From a bacterium (GTDB lineage Bacteria; UBA8248; JACPRG01; G963555815), in NCBI GenBank assembly GCA_965218795.1, contig OZ244653.1, positions 3,584,001 through 3,648,000 of the forward strand: DNA of 64,000 bases. Reading direction: 5' to 3'. This document shows positions 48,667-58,489 of the stretch, in pieces; the first letter of the stretch is position 1, and each line of letters begins with the position of its first letter. A program made the position numbers and the translations under genes. The notes beneath the pieces were generated by a model. It worked only from the letters and a program-made list of their open reading frames with translations, was not told the origin of the DNA and did no database searches.

Positions 48667-49605
48667 GTGAGACTGGTCGTGCTGTTCTTGATGGGCGGCA
48701 CCGGATTACTGTTGAAAGCCGGAGTGGCCCGGGGCGCGGAGAAAGAGATTCGCCTGGGCATCCTGCCCATTGTCGACGCGCTTCCCTACATCATCATCTC
48801 CGATAAGGGGCTCGACCGGAAACACGGTTTCCGGTTCATCACCTTTCCGTTCCAGAGCGCGCTGGAGCGGGACGCGGCGCTGACCTCCGGTTCCGCCGAT
48901 GGCGGCCTGAGCGATATGATCACGGCCACTGTCATGGTCTCGCGGAATGTCGACGTCGCGGTCGCCGCGCTCCTTCTGGGCGCGGTGGGGAAGGAAGGCC
49001 CGTTTTACATCCTGGGGTCCCCCAAGGGCGGCCCGGCGACCTTGAGCGCGCTGAAGGGCATGCCCATTGGGATTTCCTCGAACACGATCATCCAGTACGT
49101 AACGGACCGCATGCTGCAGGCCAGGGGATTCGGACCGGACGATATCAAGACGGTAGAGGTCAAGAAGATCCCTTTGCGGTTCCAGATGCTCATGACCGGC
49201 CAGATCGGAGCCGCGACACTGCCCGATCCGCTGGCAACGCTCGCCATCGCCAAAGGGGCGAAGCCCCTCGCCAACGATGTCGCTGACAACCTGTCCCAGT
49301 CCATCACCATGTTCACCGGCCGGGCCATCCGGGCCAAGACGTCGACGATGAAGGCCTACGCCCGCGCTTACAACGAGGCGGTGGACGCGATCAACGCGGA
49401 CCCCGATTCCTGGAAGGGCCTCCTCGTCAAGAAGGCGCGTCTCCCCAAGCCCATCCTGAACAGTTATTCCGTGGTCCCGTTCCCGAGGATTCAGCTCCCG
49501 TCGCGGGAGAAGGCGGAAGACGTCATCCGGTGGGCAAAAGGGAAAAAGCTCCTGAAGGATCCCGTGACGTACGAGAAGCTGACTACAAAGATCCTGTTGG
49601 ATTGA
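48667..49605 (+). CDS. NitT/TauT (SsuA/THI5-like) ABC substrate-binding protein (start uncertain)
   Basis: Signal-like N-terminus, IRLGILPIVDALP, FQSALERDAAL, AATLPDPLAT. Confidence 0.85.
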   Translation: MRLVVLFLMGGTGLLLKAGVARGAEKEIRLGILPIVDALPYIIISDKGLDRKHGFRFITFPFQSALERDAALTSGSADGGLSDMITATVMVSRNVDVAVAALLLGAVGKEGPFYILGSPKGGPATLSALKGMPIGISSNTIIQYVTDRMLQARGFGPDDIKTVEVKKIPLRFQMLMTGQIGAATLPDPLATLAIAKGAKPLANDVADNLSQSITMFTGRAIRAKTSTMKAYARAYNEAVDAINADPDSWKGLLVKKARLPKPILNSYSVVPFPRIQLPSREKAEDVIRWAKGKKLLKDPVTYEKLTTKILLD

Positions 49606-49771
49606 GTGGCTCCCAAGAGCGGGAAAACCCAGGGAGATTCTTGGGGAGGCAACGTACCTCTACTGCGATTTCGCATCTCACCGATAATTGTTTCCGTTCC
49701 GCGCTTGATCCACACGCAGCCAGCCAATCCGCCCTTCACCGCGAGCAGGCCGCGTCGCAGGCGCGGCCGTC

Positions 49772-49824
49772 AAAAGTTTTTGAAGGGGGCCACAGGGGGA
49801 ACCATTTTCAAAATGTTCCCCCTG
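49772..49824. repeat. Intergenic palindromic repeat, family B
   Basis: AAAAGTTTTTGAAGGGGG..CAGGGGGAACCATTTTCAAAATGTTCCCCCTG. Confidence 0.7.
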
Positions 49825-49902
49825 ACTGACGAACTTGCTTTCAAACCTTGATGTAGACACCCTGCTCTCCCTGTTTTTACTGTGGAACTATCCGTTGAAT
49901 CC

Positions 49903-50652
49903 ATGATCCAAGTCGAGCATCTCTCCTTCGCTTACGGTGATCATCCCGTCCTGGAGGACATCACCTTTTCCGTGCCCCCTGGGGGCAGCCTGGCGGTCAT
50001 CGGACCCTCCGGGTGCGGGAAGACCACCCTGCTCTACAACTTGGCGGGCCTGCGGACTCCTGTCGCCGGCCGGGTGAGGATCGGCGGGGCCTTGATCCGC
50101 GGTCCGCGGGACAAAACCGCAGTCATTCTCCAACACTACGGCCTCTTCCCCTGGAAGACTGTTTTCGAAAATGCCGCCCTCGGACTCCGGATTCGCGGGA
50201 CGCCAGCCGCGGGGCGCATGCAGCGGGTCACCGCGATCCTCGAAGAACTGGGAATCGCCGCCCTTCGGGACCGGTATCCCAGCCAGATCTCGGGCGGTCA
50301 GCGGCAGCGCGTCGCCATCGCGCGCGCCCTGGCTATGGACCCCGACCTGTTGATCATGGACGAGCCGCTCTCCTCATTGGACGCCCTGACCCGTGAGGCG
50401 CACCAAAACCTCCTGCTGTCGCTTTGGCGGGAGAAGGGAATGACGCTGGTCCTCGTGAGTCACAGCATTACCGAGGCGGCCTACCTGGGCCAGCAGGTTG
50501 CGATTCTGTCCGACGGGCCGGCCCGGATCAAGGAAATCCTCGACAATTCCCGCGTGGGCGAGGAAGACTACCGGAGCCACCCGGACTATCACGACATCTG
50601 CACCCGGCTTCGGGGTCTGCTGAGAGGAGCGATGGATGAGGCGGTGGGTTAG
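49903..50652 (+). CDS. NitT/TauT ABC ATP-binding protein
   Basis: GPSGCGKT, LFPWKTV, ISGGQRQR, MDEP. Confidence 0.93.
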   Translation: MIQVEHLSFAYGDHPVLEDITFSVPPGGSLAVIGPSGCGKTTLLYNLAGLRTPVAGRVRIGGALIRGPRDKTAVILQHYGLFPWKTVFENAALGLRIRGTPAAGRMQRVTAILEELGIAALRDRYPSQISGGQRQRVAIARALAMDPDLLIMDEPLSSLDALTREAHQNLLLSLWREKGMTLVLVSHSITEAAYLGQQVAILSDGPARIKEILDNSRVGEEDYRSHPDYHDICTRLRGLLRGAMDEAVG

Positions 50653-51373
50653 GTACCTCTTGACGGCGGCTGTGTTGATCCTCTTGTGGGAGCTGGTGGC
50701 GCTGGCCCTGAAGAACGAGGCGCTTCCGGAGCCCTGGCGGGTCGTGATTCAGTTTTTTGCTCTCCTTGCCGCCGATCTCCCCGTGCATTTCGGCGTCAGC
50801 GTCTATCGGGTTGCGGCGGCCGTCGTGTTCGCCGTCGCCGCGGGCCTGCCGCTGGGTCTGTTGATGGGCCGTCTCCCCAAGGCGGACGCCTACATGGCCC
50901 CCGCCGTCTACCTGACCTATCCCATCCCGAAGATTGTCCTCTTGCCCATCATTCTCCTGTTTTTGGGACTGGGGGACGCGTCGAAGATCGCCGTGATCGC
51001 CCTCATCCTGTTTTTCCAAATCCTGGTGACTGTCCGGGATGCAGTCCGCGGGATCGACGAGGAGTATTTCCTGTCGGTCCGCTCGCTCAACGCACGGGGT
51101 TGGGATGTCTTGCGGCACGTCGTCCTGCCCGCGACCGTGGCGGAGCTCCTGACCGCCCTTCGGATCAGCGTTGGAACATCGGTGGCCGTCCTGTTCTTCG
51201 TCGAGACCATCGGCGCCCGCCGGGGTTTGGGCTATTTCATTCAGGACGCCTGGGCCCGGGTGAATTATCAGGAGATGTACGCGGGCATTCTCGCCATGAG
51301 CCTTCTTGGCGTTTTCCTCTACGAGGTTCTGGAACAGGCCGAAAAGCGGGCCTGCCGCTGGAAGCGAGTGTGA
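50636..51373 (+). CDS. NitT/TauT ABC permease
   Basis: YPIPKIVLLP, SVRSLNA..VVLPA, TM segments. Confidence 0.92.
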   Translation: MRRWVRYLLTAAVLILLWELVALALKNEALPEPWRVVIQFFALLAADLPVHFGVSVYRVAAAVVFAVAAGLPLGLLMGRLPKADAYMAPAVYLTYPIPKIVLLPIILLFLGLGDASKIAVIALILFFQILVTVRDAVRGIDEEYFLSVRSLNARGWDVLRHVVLPATVAELLTALRISVGTSVAVLFFVETIGARRGLGYFIQDAWARVNYQEMYAGILAMSLLGVFLYEVLEQAEKRACRWKRV

Positions 51374-51634
51374 GAGAACGGCTTTGCGGCCCCCTGAATC
51401 TTCCGAAGCGATGCAATAATTTGCGAGGGGCGCTTTTGGAAGGTGACGCCCCTCTCTCGCAACAAGGTTTCTTGGCAAAGTAACAGAGTAACAGGTGGAC
51501 CCGCCTCCACATCGTAAAAAGACCCGTTCTCCCATCGTGCGCTGCTCGCACGATTCGGAGAACCACGCATTCCGCCCTGCCCTGCTGGTCATGGACGGCC
51601 TAAATCACCTATAATCAACGAATTGCGCCATAAA

Positions 51635-51661
51635 TTAGCACTCCGTCCTGGGGAGTGCCAA
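51635..51661. promoter_or_regulatory. CIRCE element (HrcA operator)
   Basis: TTAGCACTC-N9-GAGTGCCAA, one mismatch to consensus; 19 nt downstream of TATAAT (51610-51615). Confidence 0.88.
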
Positions 51662-51922
51662 TAATCTCTTGATTCATGTTTGCGGATCGATTATATATTC
51701 TCTCAAAGGATTGAGGGTAAAGCGGGATCGGGTCATGCCTGTGGGGTGAGGCGCTCAAATGGTCTGATTCGATGTCCTTTATCCGAATCGAAGAATTAAA
51801 AATTTCTAATCTCATTGCTGATCTCCCCGTTGGACCTAAGTATCGGGGAACTCGGAAAGACTCGAGGCGGCGTCTTTCGGGACGTTCGTCCATTTGAAGA
51901 TGAGCACAGGGGAAGAACTGGC

Positions 51923-53314
51923 GTGCGCCGAACCTTAAGGAACCTTGCCTTTGCAGGTATTGCCGCCGCCACGATCCTGGCGGCCGGGACCGGGTCGGCC
52001 GAGAAGCGGCCCGACAGCTTTGCTGATCTCGTGGAGCGTCTGAAGCCCACCGTCGTCAACATTCAGGTGACCATCGTCCAGCGGGGGGGCAGCCCTTTCC
52101 AAAGGCGGAGCCCCTTCGGCGGGCGACCCGACGATCCGTTTGAGAAGTTTTTCAAGCGCTTCTTCGGCGATCAGCCCCCACGCGAGTTTCGAAACCGAGC
52201 CATCGGCTCCGGGTTCATCATCAGCCCGGACGGATACATCGTCACGAACAATCACGTGGTCGAGAGGGCCAACGAAATCAAGGTCAAGCTGGACGACGGG
52301 AAGGAATACAAGGCGAAGCTGATCGGCCGAGACCCGAAAACCGATCTCGCCCTCATCAAGGTCGAGCCGAAGAAATCCGTGCCCTTCACGGAGTTCGGTG
52401 ATTCCGATGAGTTGCGGGTCGGCGATTGGGTGATGGCGATAGGAAACCCGTTCGGCCTGTCCCACACCGTCACGGCGGGCATCGTGAGCGCGAAAGGCCG
52501 TGTCATCGGGCAGGGGCCGTATGACGATTTCATCCAGACCGACGCCTCGATCAACCAGGGCAACTCGGGCGGACCTCTGTTCGACACGAAGGGTAAAGTG
52601 GTGGGAATCAACACGGCCATCATCGCCGGGGGAACCGGTATCGGATTCGCGATTCCCGCCAACATGGCCAAAAAGCTCATCAATCAGCTTCGGGAAACCG
52701 GCACTGTGGTGCGCGGTTTCCTGGGAGTCCGGATTCAAAACCTGACCCCGCAGCTGGCCAAGCGTTTCGGTACGGAGAAGGCCGAAGGGGCCCTGGTTTC
52801 CGACTTGACGAAAGACTCCCCCGCCGCCCGGGCCGGCGTTCGGCAGGGAGATGTGATCGTCGAATTTGACGGCCTGAAGATTCAGAACGTGTCCGATTTG
52901 GTCCGGAAGGTCGGTGCGACTGCGGTCGATAAGACGGTGAAAATGAAGGTGTTGCGCGAGGGGAAGGGAAAGGTCCTGGATGTCAAGGTCGGCAAGCTCG
53001 CCGAGGAGCCCAGTGCGGTCGCGTCGGTCGGCACCCCGGGAAAGTTGGGCCTGACGATTCGCCCGGTTCCCGCTGAGCGGGCCACTGAGCTCGGACTCAG
53101 AGCCGGTCAAGGCGTCCTGGTGACCGAGGTGGTTGCCGCAAGTCCTGCCGCCCGGGCGGGGATCCGCGCGGGCGACATCATTCTGGAAGTCAACGGGAAG
53201 GCCATTCGGGTGCTCGCCGACCTCAACGAGGCCGTGTCCAAGGGCAAGGAGGACCCGCTATTTTACATTCAGCGGGGCGAGAGCAAACTGTACACCGTCG
53301 TCCCCAAGGGGTGA
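51923..53314 (+). CDS. degP: DegP/DegQ (HtrA) serine protease with two PDZ domains
   Basis: GSGFII, TNNHVV, DLALIK, QTDASINQGNSGGPL. Confidence 0.93.
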   Translation: MRRTLRNLAFAGIAAATILAAGTGSAEKRPDSFADLVERLKPTVVNIQVTIVQRGGSPFQRRSPFGGRPDDPFEKFFKRFFGDQPPREFRNRAIGSGFIISPDGYIVTNNHVVERANEIKVKLDDGKEYKAKLIGRDPKTDLALIKVEPKKSVPFTEFGDSDELRVGDWVMAIGNPFGLSHTVTAGIVSAKGRVIGQGPYDDFIQTDASINQGNSGGPLFDTKGKVVGINTAIIAGGTGIGFAIPANMAKKLINQLRETGTVVRGFLGVRIQNLTPQLAKRFGTEKAEGALVSDLTKDSPAARAGVRQGDVIVEFDGLKIQNVSDLVRKVGATAVDKTVKMKVLREGKGKVLDVKVGKLAEEPSAVASVGTPGKLGLTIRPVPAERATELGLRAGQGVLVTEVVAASPAARAGIRAGDIILEVNGKAIRVLADLNEAVSKGKEDPLFYIQRGESKLYTVVPKG

Positions 53315-53328
53315 GAGGGTCTTCGGTC

Positions 53329-53841
53329 ATGAACATTCCCGTCCGGGAGCCTCAAGACGATACAGTCGCGCGTCTGGCGCCGGAACCCTGTGGAGAGTCG
53401 GAGCTCTGCGTGGACCTCAAAGACGCCTATCTGGAAGAAAAGATCCTGTCCCAGCAGCTGGAAGCCCTTTCCGGTTCCACGGAGGCGGGCTGGGATCACC
53501 CACATGCGGACCGGGTGTCGTCTCTCGCAACCGAGGATGGGGCCCACATTCGAGCGCTGTTGGCGATTTTGGCTGAACTGGATACATTCCCGCCCGAGCG
53601 TCCGGAGACCGCGCATCCGCTGCCGCCGAAGAGATCGGGCGTTCGCACAATCCTCCAGGCGTCCATGGATGGCAAGAAAGATCTGGAAATCCGATACATC
53701 CGCGCGGCCTCTCTGGCCGCCGTCGAGGGGCGTAGAGCTTTGGCCTCCCGGCTGGAAGGCATCGCGGATGAAGAGGCGCGGGGCCGGAGGAATCTGCTTC
53801 AGGTCCTCTCGCGGTTCCCTGCGAATCAGCCCGAGGATTGA
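53329..53841 (+). CDS. Hypothetical protein, probable ferritin-like four-helix bundle
   Basis: Helical pattern AYLEE..LATEDGAH..IRY..IADEEARG; coupled to its neighbours. Confidence 0.5.
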   Translation: MNIPVREPQDDTVARLAPEPCGESELCVDLKDAYLEEKILSQQLEALSGSTEAGWDHPHADRVSSLATEDGAHIRALLAILAELDTFPPERPETAHPLPPKRSGVRTILQASMDGKKDLEIRYIRAASLAAVEGRRALASRLEGIADEEARGRRNLLQVLSRFPANQPED

Positions 53842-53843
53842 GC

Positions 53844-54920
53844 ATGGTCCGAAACGCCGCCAAGACCGACGCCCCTGCGGCGGAACCCAAGGTGAACGGG
53901 AAGAAGAAGGCCGAAAAAGGGGAACGGGTACCTCGGGGAGGCCGGCAGGCAACGGGCGCCGCGGCGGCAAGGGCCCGGCGGGCTGTGAAACCCGAGGAGG
54001 TTCCGGTCCGGAAGGATCCGACCCGGTCTCTGATCGCCGCCGCGCTCCGATTGGCCAAACAGCTCGATATCGACGCCGTGTTCATCTACGCTCAATCCAT
54101 TTCCCAGGCGCCCAGCCTTTTTCAATTGTTCCAGGACGGTCCCAGTCTTCTGCTGATCGCGAGGAATGATGATGAGGAGGCGATGTGCAAGGGGCACTCC
54201 AAGAAGATCATTCGCGTTCCGGATATCAACCTGAGCCGAATGGACCAGGTCAAGCTGGCGGTGGTGATGGCCCTGACCGATCGGATGCTGAACGTGGGAG
54301 ACCGCATTCTGTGTCTGGTGGGGCGGGTCAACCGCCACACCTCCGACACGCTCGTCGTATTGGATGTAGGCGATGAGTTCGAGACCATGAATCTCCCCGG
54401 CCAGTTGTCCCGTTCCAAGGAGATCGACTCCAAGGTCTTTGAGGCCACCCTGAGGATGGCCCTGGAGTTGGCGAACGAGGGCCGGGAGGGAAGGCCGATC
54501 GGCTCCATCTTCGTAATTGGGGACAGTGAGGAAGTCTCGCGCTACTCCCGGCAAACCATCATCAATCCGTTCGAGGGCCACCCCGAATCCCGCCGGAACA
54601 TCCTGGATCCGCATCTGCGGGAAACGGTCAAGGAGTTTTCCACGCTGGACGGCGCGTTCCTGATTCGAAAAGACGGCGTTCTGATGGCCGCGGGCCGCCA
54701 CTTGAACGCCGCCTATAACGGCGACGGTTTGCCCTCCGGCCTGGGGTCCAGACACGCCGCCGCCGCCGCCATCACGTCGGTGACCAAAGCGCTGGCCCTC
54801 ACCATCTCGGAATCCACGGGAACCGTGACGGTTTTTCGCGGCGGCGAGGTCATGATGACATTGGAGAGATTTCGGCAGGCGCCCAGCCTGGCCGAAGGGG
54901 AAAACAATCTGGACCCGTGA
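53844..54920 (+). CDS. Diadenylate cyclase, DacZ-like (N-terminal alpha/beta domain plus DisA_N/DAC domain)
   Basis: EGREGRPIGSIFVIGD, INPF, KEFSTLDGAFLI, GLGSRHAAAAAIT, ISESTG. Confidence 0.88.
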   Translation: MVRNAAKTDAPAAEPKVNGKKKAEKGERVPRGGRQATGAAAARARRAVKPEEVPVRKDPTRSLIAAALRLAKQLDIDAVFIYAQSISQAPSLFQLFQDGPSLLLIARNDDEEAMCKGHSKKIIRVPDINLSRMDQVKLAVVMALTDRMLNVGDRILCLVGRVNRHTSDTLVVLDVGDEFETMNLPGQLSRSKEIDSKVFEATLRMALELANEGREGRPIGSIFVIGDSEEVSRYSRQTIINPFEGHPESRRNILDPHLRETVKEFSTLDGAFLIRKDGVLMAAGRHLNAAYNGDGLPSGLGSRHAAAAAITSVTKALALTISESTGTVTVFRGGEVMMTLERFRQAPSLAEGENNLDP

Positions 54921-55007
54921 TACCCGCCGGGCGCTTGAGGCCCGGGCGCGGCGTTCGCATTCACCCGTTACACGGCCTTTGAGCCCTGGTTGGGGAGGAC
55001 AAACAGA

Positions 55008-56642
55008 ATGGCAGTCAAAGAATTGGCATATGAACAGCAGGCCCGGTCCGAAATTCTGTCGGGCATGGATCAGTTGACGCGCGCCGTGGAGGCCACGCTG
55101 GGGCCGGCCGGTCGAACCGTGATCTTGGGAAGGAAGTGGGGCTCACCGCTGGTGACCAAGGACGGAGTGACGGTTGCGAAAGAGATCGACTTGCCCGAGC
55201 CCTTCGAGAACATGGGCGCGCAGATGGTGAAAGAGGTGGCCAAGAAGACCAACGACGACGTCGGAGACGGAACGACGACGGCCACCGTCCTGGCCGAGGC
55301 CATCTACCGCACCGGGCTGAAGTACGTTTCGGCCCAGGCCAATCCCGTGGACATCAAGCGCGGGATCGATGCCGCCGTGGAGACGGTGGTGGGCGAGCTC
55401 AAGAAGCAAAGCCGTCGGATCTCGGGGACGGAGCGAATCGCCAAGGTGGCCGCGGTGTCGGCCAACGGCGAGGAATCGATTGGGGAGATCATCGCAGCCG
55501 CCATCGACAAGGTCGGACGGGACGGTGTGATCACCACCGAGGAAGGCAAGGGGATCGAGATGTCGCTCGAGGTGGTCGAAGGGATGCAGTTCGATCGGGG
55601 CTATCTCTCGCCTCATTTTGTGACTCACCCGGACCGTTTGGAATGCGAGCTGGAAGACGTGTCCCTGTTGATCCACGAGAAGAAGATTTCCAATGTGAAC
55701 GAGCTTCTGCCCATCCTCGAGAAGGTCTCCGCATCTGGAAGATCCCTGCTGATCATCGCCGAGGATGTGGAGGGCGAAGCTCTGGCAACCTTGGTGGTCA
55801 ACAAGCTGCGCGGCACCCTGAAGATCGCAGCGGTCAAGGCGCCGGGTTACGGCGATCGCCGCAAGGAGATGCTGGAAGATATCGCGGTCCTGACGGGCGG
55901 ACGGATGATCACCGAGGATCTCGGCATCAAGCTGGAAGCGGTTCCTTTGGAAGACCTCGGCCGGGCGAAACGCGTGCTGATCGACAAGGAGAACACCATC
56001 GTCGTCGAGGGTGCGGGAACGGCCCGGGCCCTGAGCGGACGGTGCGCGCAGATCCGCGCGCAGATCGAGGAAACGACCTCCGAATATGACCGCGAGAAAC
56101 TTCAGGAACGCCTCGCCAAGCTGTCCGGGGGCGTGGCGAAGATCCTGGTCGGCGCGGCCACCGAGACGGAAATGAAAGAGAAAAAGGCGCGGGTGGAAGA
56201 CGCGCTGAACGCCACGCGGGCGGCGTTGGAGGAGGGTATCGTGGTCGGCGGCGGTGTGGCGCTGGTCCGCGCCGCCGCCGACCTGGGCTTGCTGGAGCTG
56301 CCGGGCGATCAGAACTACGGCGTAAGAGTGGTTCAGGATGCGCTGGGCGATCCGCTTCGGATCCTCGCCGAAAATGGGGGTTATGAGGGTCCCGTGGTCC
56401 TGCACGACGTCAAGAAGAAGAAGGGCGCGGTGGGCTTCAATGCGGCCACCGGCAAGATGGAGAATCTTGAAAAGGCCGGGATTGTGGATCCCGTCAAAGT
56501 GACCCGCTCCGCGCTGCAGAATGCGGCCAGCCTGGCGGGTGTCCTTCTGACGACCGAGTTGCTGGTGACGGAGAAGCCCGAGGATGAAGAGGATGAAGAA
56601 GGCGGCGATCACTCCCACGGCGGCCACGGCCACGCCCACTGA
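55008..56642 (+). CDS. groEL: Chaperonin GroEL with an acidic, His-rich tail
   Basis: [38 protein letters not shown]; tail [15 protein letters not shown]. Confidence 0.97.
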   Translation: MAVKELAYEQQARSEILSGMDQLTRAVEATLGPAGRTVILGRKWGSPLVTKDGVTVAKEIDLPEPFENMGAQMVKEVAKKTNDDVGDGTTTATVLAEAIYRTGLKYVSAQANPVDIKRGIDAAVETVVGELKKQSRRISGTERIAKVAAVSANGEESIGEIIAAAIDKVGRDGVITTEEGKGIEMSLEVVEGMQFDRGYLSPHFVTHPDRLECELEDVSLLIHEKKISNVNELLPILEKVSASGRSLLIIAEDVEGEALATLVVNKLRGTLKIAAVKAPGYGDRRKEMLEDIAVLTGGRMITEDLGIKLEAVPLEDLGRAKRVLIDKENTIVVEGAGTARALSGRCAQIRAQIEETTSEYDREKLQERLAKLSGGVAKILVGAATETEMKEKKARVEDALNATRAALEEGIVVGGGVALVRAAADLGLLELPGDQNYGVRVVQDALGDPLRILAENGGYEGPVVLHDVKKKKGAVGFNAATGKMENLEKAGIVDPVKVTRSALQNAASLAGVLLTTELLVTEKPEDEEDEEGGDHSHGGHGHAH

Positions 56643-56701
56643 TCCCCCAGGTAAGAACCCTCTCCCGATGACAGGGTGACGGGTGGGAAGGAACAGCGTG
56701 C

Positions 56702-57649
56702 ATGATTCAGGTTGAGAATCTGACGAAATTCTATGGGCCCGTACCGGGGATTGAGGGCGTGACCTTCGGCATCGAGCCGGGGGAGATCGTGGGATTCCTC
56801 GGCCCCAATGGAGCGGGGAAGAGCACGACCATGCGCATCCTCACCTGTTATATGCCCGCTACCTCCGGAACGGCGACTGTGGGCGGGTTCGACGTCTTTG
56901 AATCCCCGCTGGAAGTCCGCCGCCGGCTGGGCTACCTGCCTGAAAACGTCCCCATTTACCTGGACCTGACTGTTCGGGATTACCTGAACTTCGTCGGCGA
57001 TCTCAAGGGGATGGACCGTAAGAAAAAGAGGCACCAGATCGACAAGCTCATCCCTCTCACGGGGATCAAGGAGGTCGAGAACCGGATCATCGGCAACCTC
57101 TCCAAGGGGTACCGCCAGCGGGTCGGTCTCACCCAGGCCCTGCTGAACGACCCGGAGGTGCTGATTCTGGACGAGCCGACGACGGGCCTGGACCCTAAAC
57201 AAATCATCGAGATCCGTGACCTCATCCGCGACCTGGCGGGAAGCCGGACCATTATTCTCTGCACGCACATCCTGCCCGAAGTCAGCATGACGTGCTCACG
57301 GGTCATCATCATCAACAAGGGCCGAATCATCACCCAGGATACGCCCGAGAACCTCACCCGGCAACTTCAGCGGAAATCCCTGGTGGAGATCGAAGTGGAG
57401 GGGCCGGTCGAGCAAGTCCGGGACAAGCTCCAATCGGTTCCGACGGTGGTTTCGGTTTTCCCGCAGCGGAGACCTGCGGACGGTTCGGGCTCGACCCTCT
57501 TCCATGTGGAAACGGATCCGGATACCGATATGCGTCGCGACCTGGCGGCCGCGGTGTGCGGGAGCGGGTGGGGGCTGATGACCCTCAAGCCCGTCTCCAT
57601 GACCCTGGAAGACATCTTCGTCCAGTTGGTGACGGAAGAAGAGCACTAG
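56702..57649 (+). CDS. ABC-2 ATP-binding protein (GldA-like)
   Basis: GPNGAGKST, GYLPEN, LSKGYRQRVG, DEPTTGLDP. Confidence 0.92.
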   Translation: MIQVENLTKFYGPVPGIEGVTFGIEPGEIVGFLGPNGAGKSTTMRILTCYMPATSGTATVGGFDVFESPLEVRRRLGYLPENVPIYLDLTVRDYLNFVGDLKGMDRKKKRHQIDKLIPLTGIKEVENRIIGNLSKGYRQRVGLTQALLNDPEVLILDEPTTGLDPKQIIEIRDLIRDLAGSRTIILCTHILPEVSMTCSRVIIINKGRIITQDTPENLTRQLQRKSLVEIEVEGPVEQVRDKLQSVPTVVSVFPQRRPADGSGSTLFHVETDPDTDMRRDLAAAVCGSGWGLMTLKPVSMTLEDIFVQLVTEEEH

Positions 57650-57712
57650 GATTGACCCGGAAGATCCGGTCCGTCGGCTCTTTGCGGCGGATTGACGGAG
57701 GACGTTTTCAGC

Positions 57713-58483
57713 ATGAGAAACATTTGGGCCATCTATAAGAAGGAATTGCGGCTCTATTTCCATTCGCCCATCGCGTATGTCGTCTTAACGATTTTTCTGG
57801 TCCTGATGGGCTGGCTGTTTTACAGCAACATGGCCTTTTTCAGCCGGATCAGCGTTCAGGCGGTCCAGAACCCCCGCCTGTCCAGCCAGCTGGATGCGAC
57901 CGACGCGATCTTTACGCCGCTCATCGGAAACATGACCATCATCCTGCTGTTCATCATCCCGGGATTGACCATGAGGCTGTTTGCCGAAGAGAAAAAGCAG
58001 GGGACGCTGGAACTCCTTTATTCCTATCCGGTCCGCGACGGCGAGGTATTGTTCGGCAAGTTCTTCGCGTGTTTCACGGTCTTCCTCATTATGCTGGCTC
58101 TCACGGCCTTGTATCCGATCCTGATCGGCGTGTTCGGCTCGCTGGAAATTCGGCCGGTGCTCGCCGGTTACCTGGGGGTTCTCCTGCTTGGGATGACGTT
58201 CATCTCGGTGGGGGTGTTGATGTCTTCGTTGACGTCCAATCAGTTGGTGGCGTTCATCCTCGGCTTCGGGATCCTCCTGTTTTTCTGGGTCCTCGGGTTC
58301 GCATCAGCCTATCTGGACCCGAAGATGGCAGCCGTGCTGGATCACGCCTCCCTGATCCAGCATGTGAACAATTTTTCCCGGGGGCTCATCACCACCCGCG
58401 ACCTGATCTACTATGTGAATTTCAGCGTCTTCTGTCTGTTCCTGACCGTCCAGGCGCTGGCCTCTCACCGATGGAAAGGTTGA
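57713..58483 (+). CDS. ABC-2 permease (GldF-like)
   Basis: KELRLYFHSPIAY, TMRLFAEEKKQGTLELL, SSLTSNQ. Confidence 0.9.
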   Translation: MRNIWAIYKKELRLYFHSPIAYVVLTIFLVLMGWLFYSNMAFFSRISVQAVQNPRLSSQLDATDAIFTPLIGNMTIILLFIIPGLTMRLFAEEKKQGTLELLYSYPVRDGEVLFGKFFACFTVFLIMLALTALYPILIGVFGSLEIRPVLAGYLGVLLLGMTFISVGVLMSSLTSNQLVAFILGFGILLFFWVLGFASAYLDPKMAAVLDHASLIQHVNNFSRGLITTRDLIYYVNFSVFCLFLTVQALASHRWKG

Positions 58484-58489
58484 TCCGTC

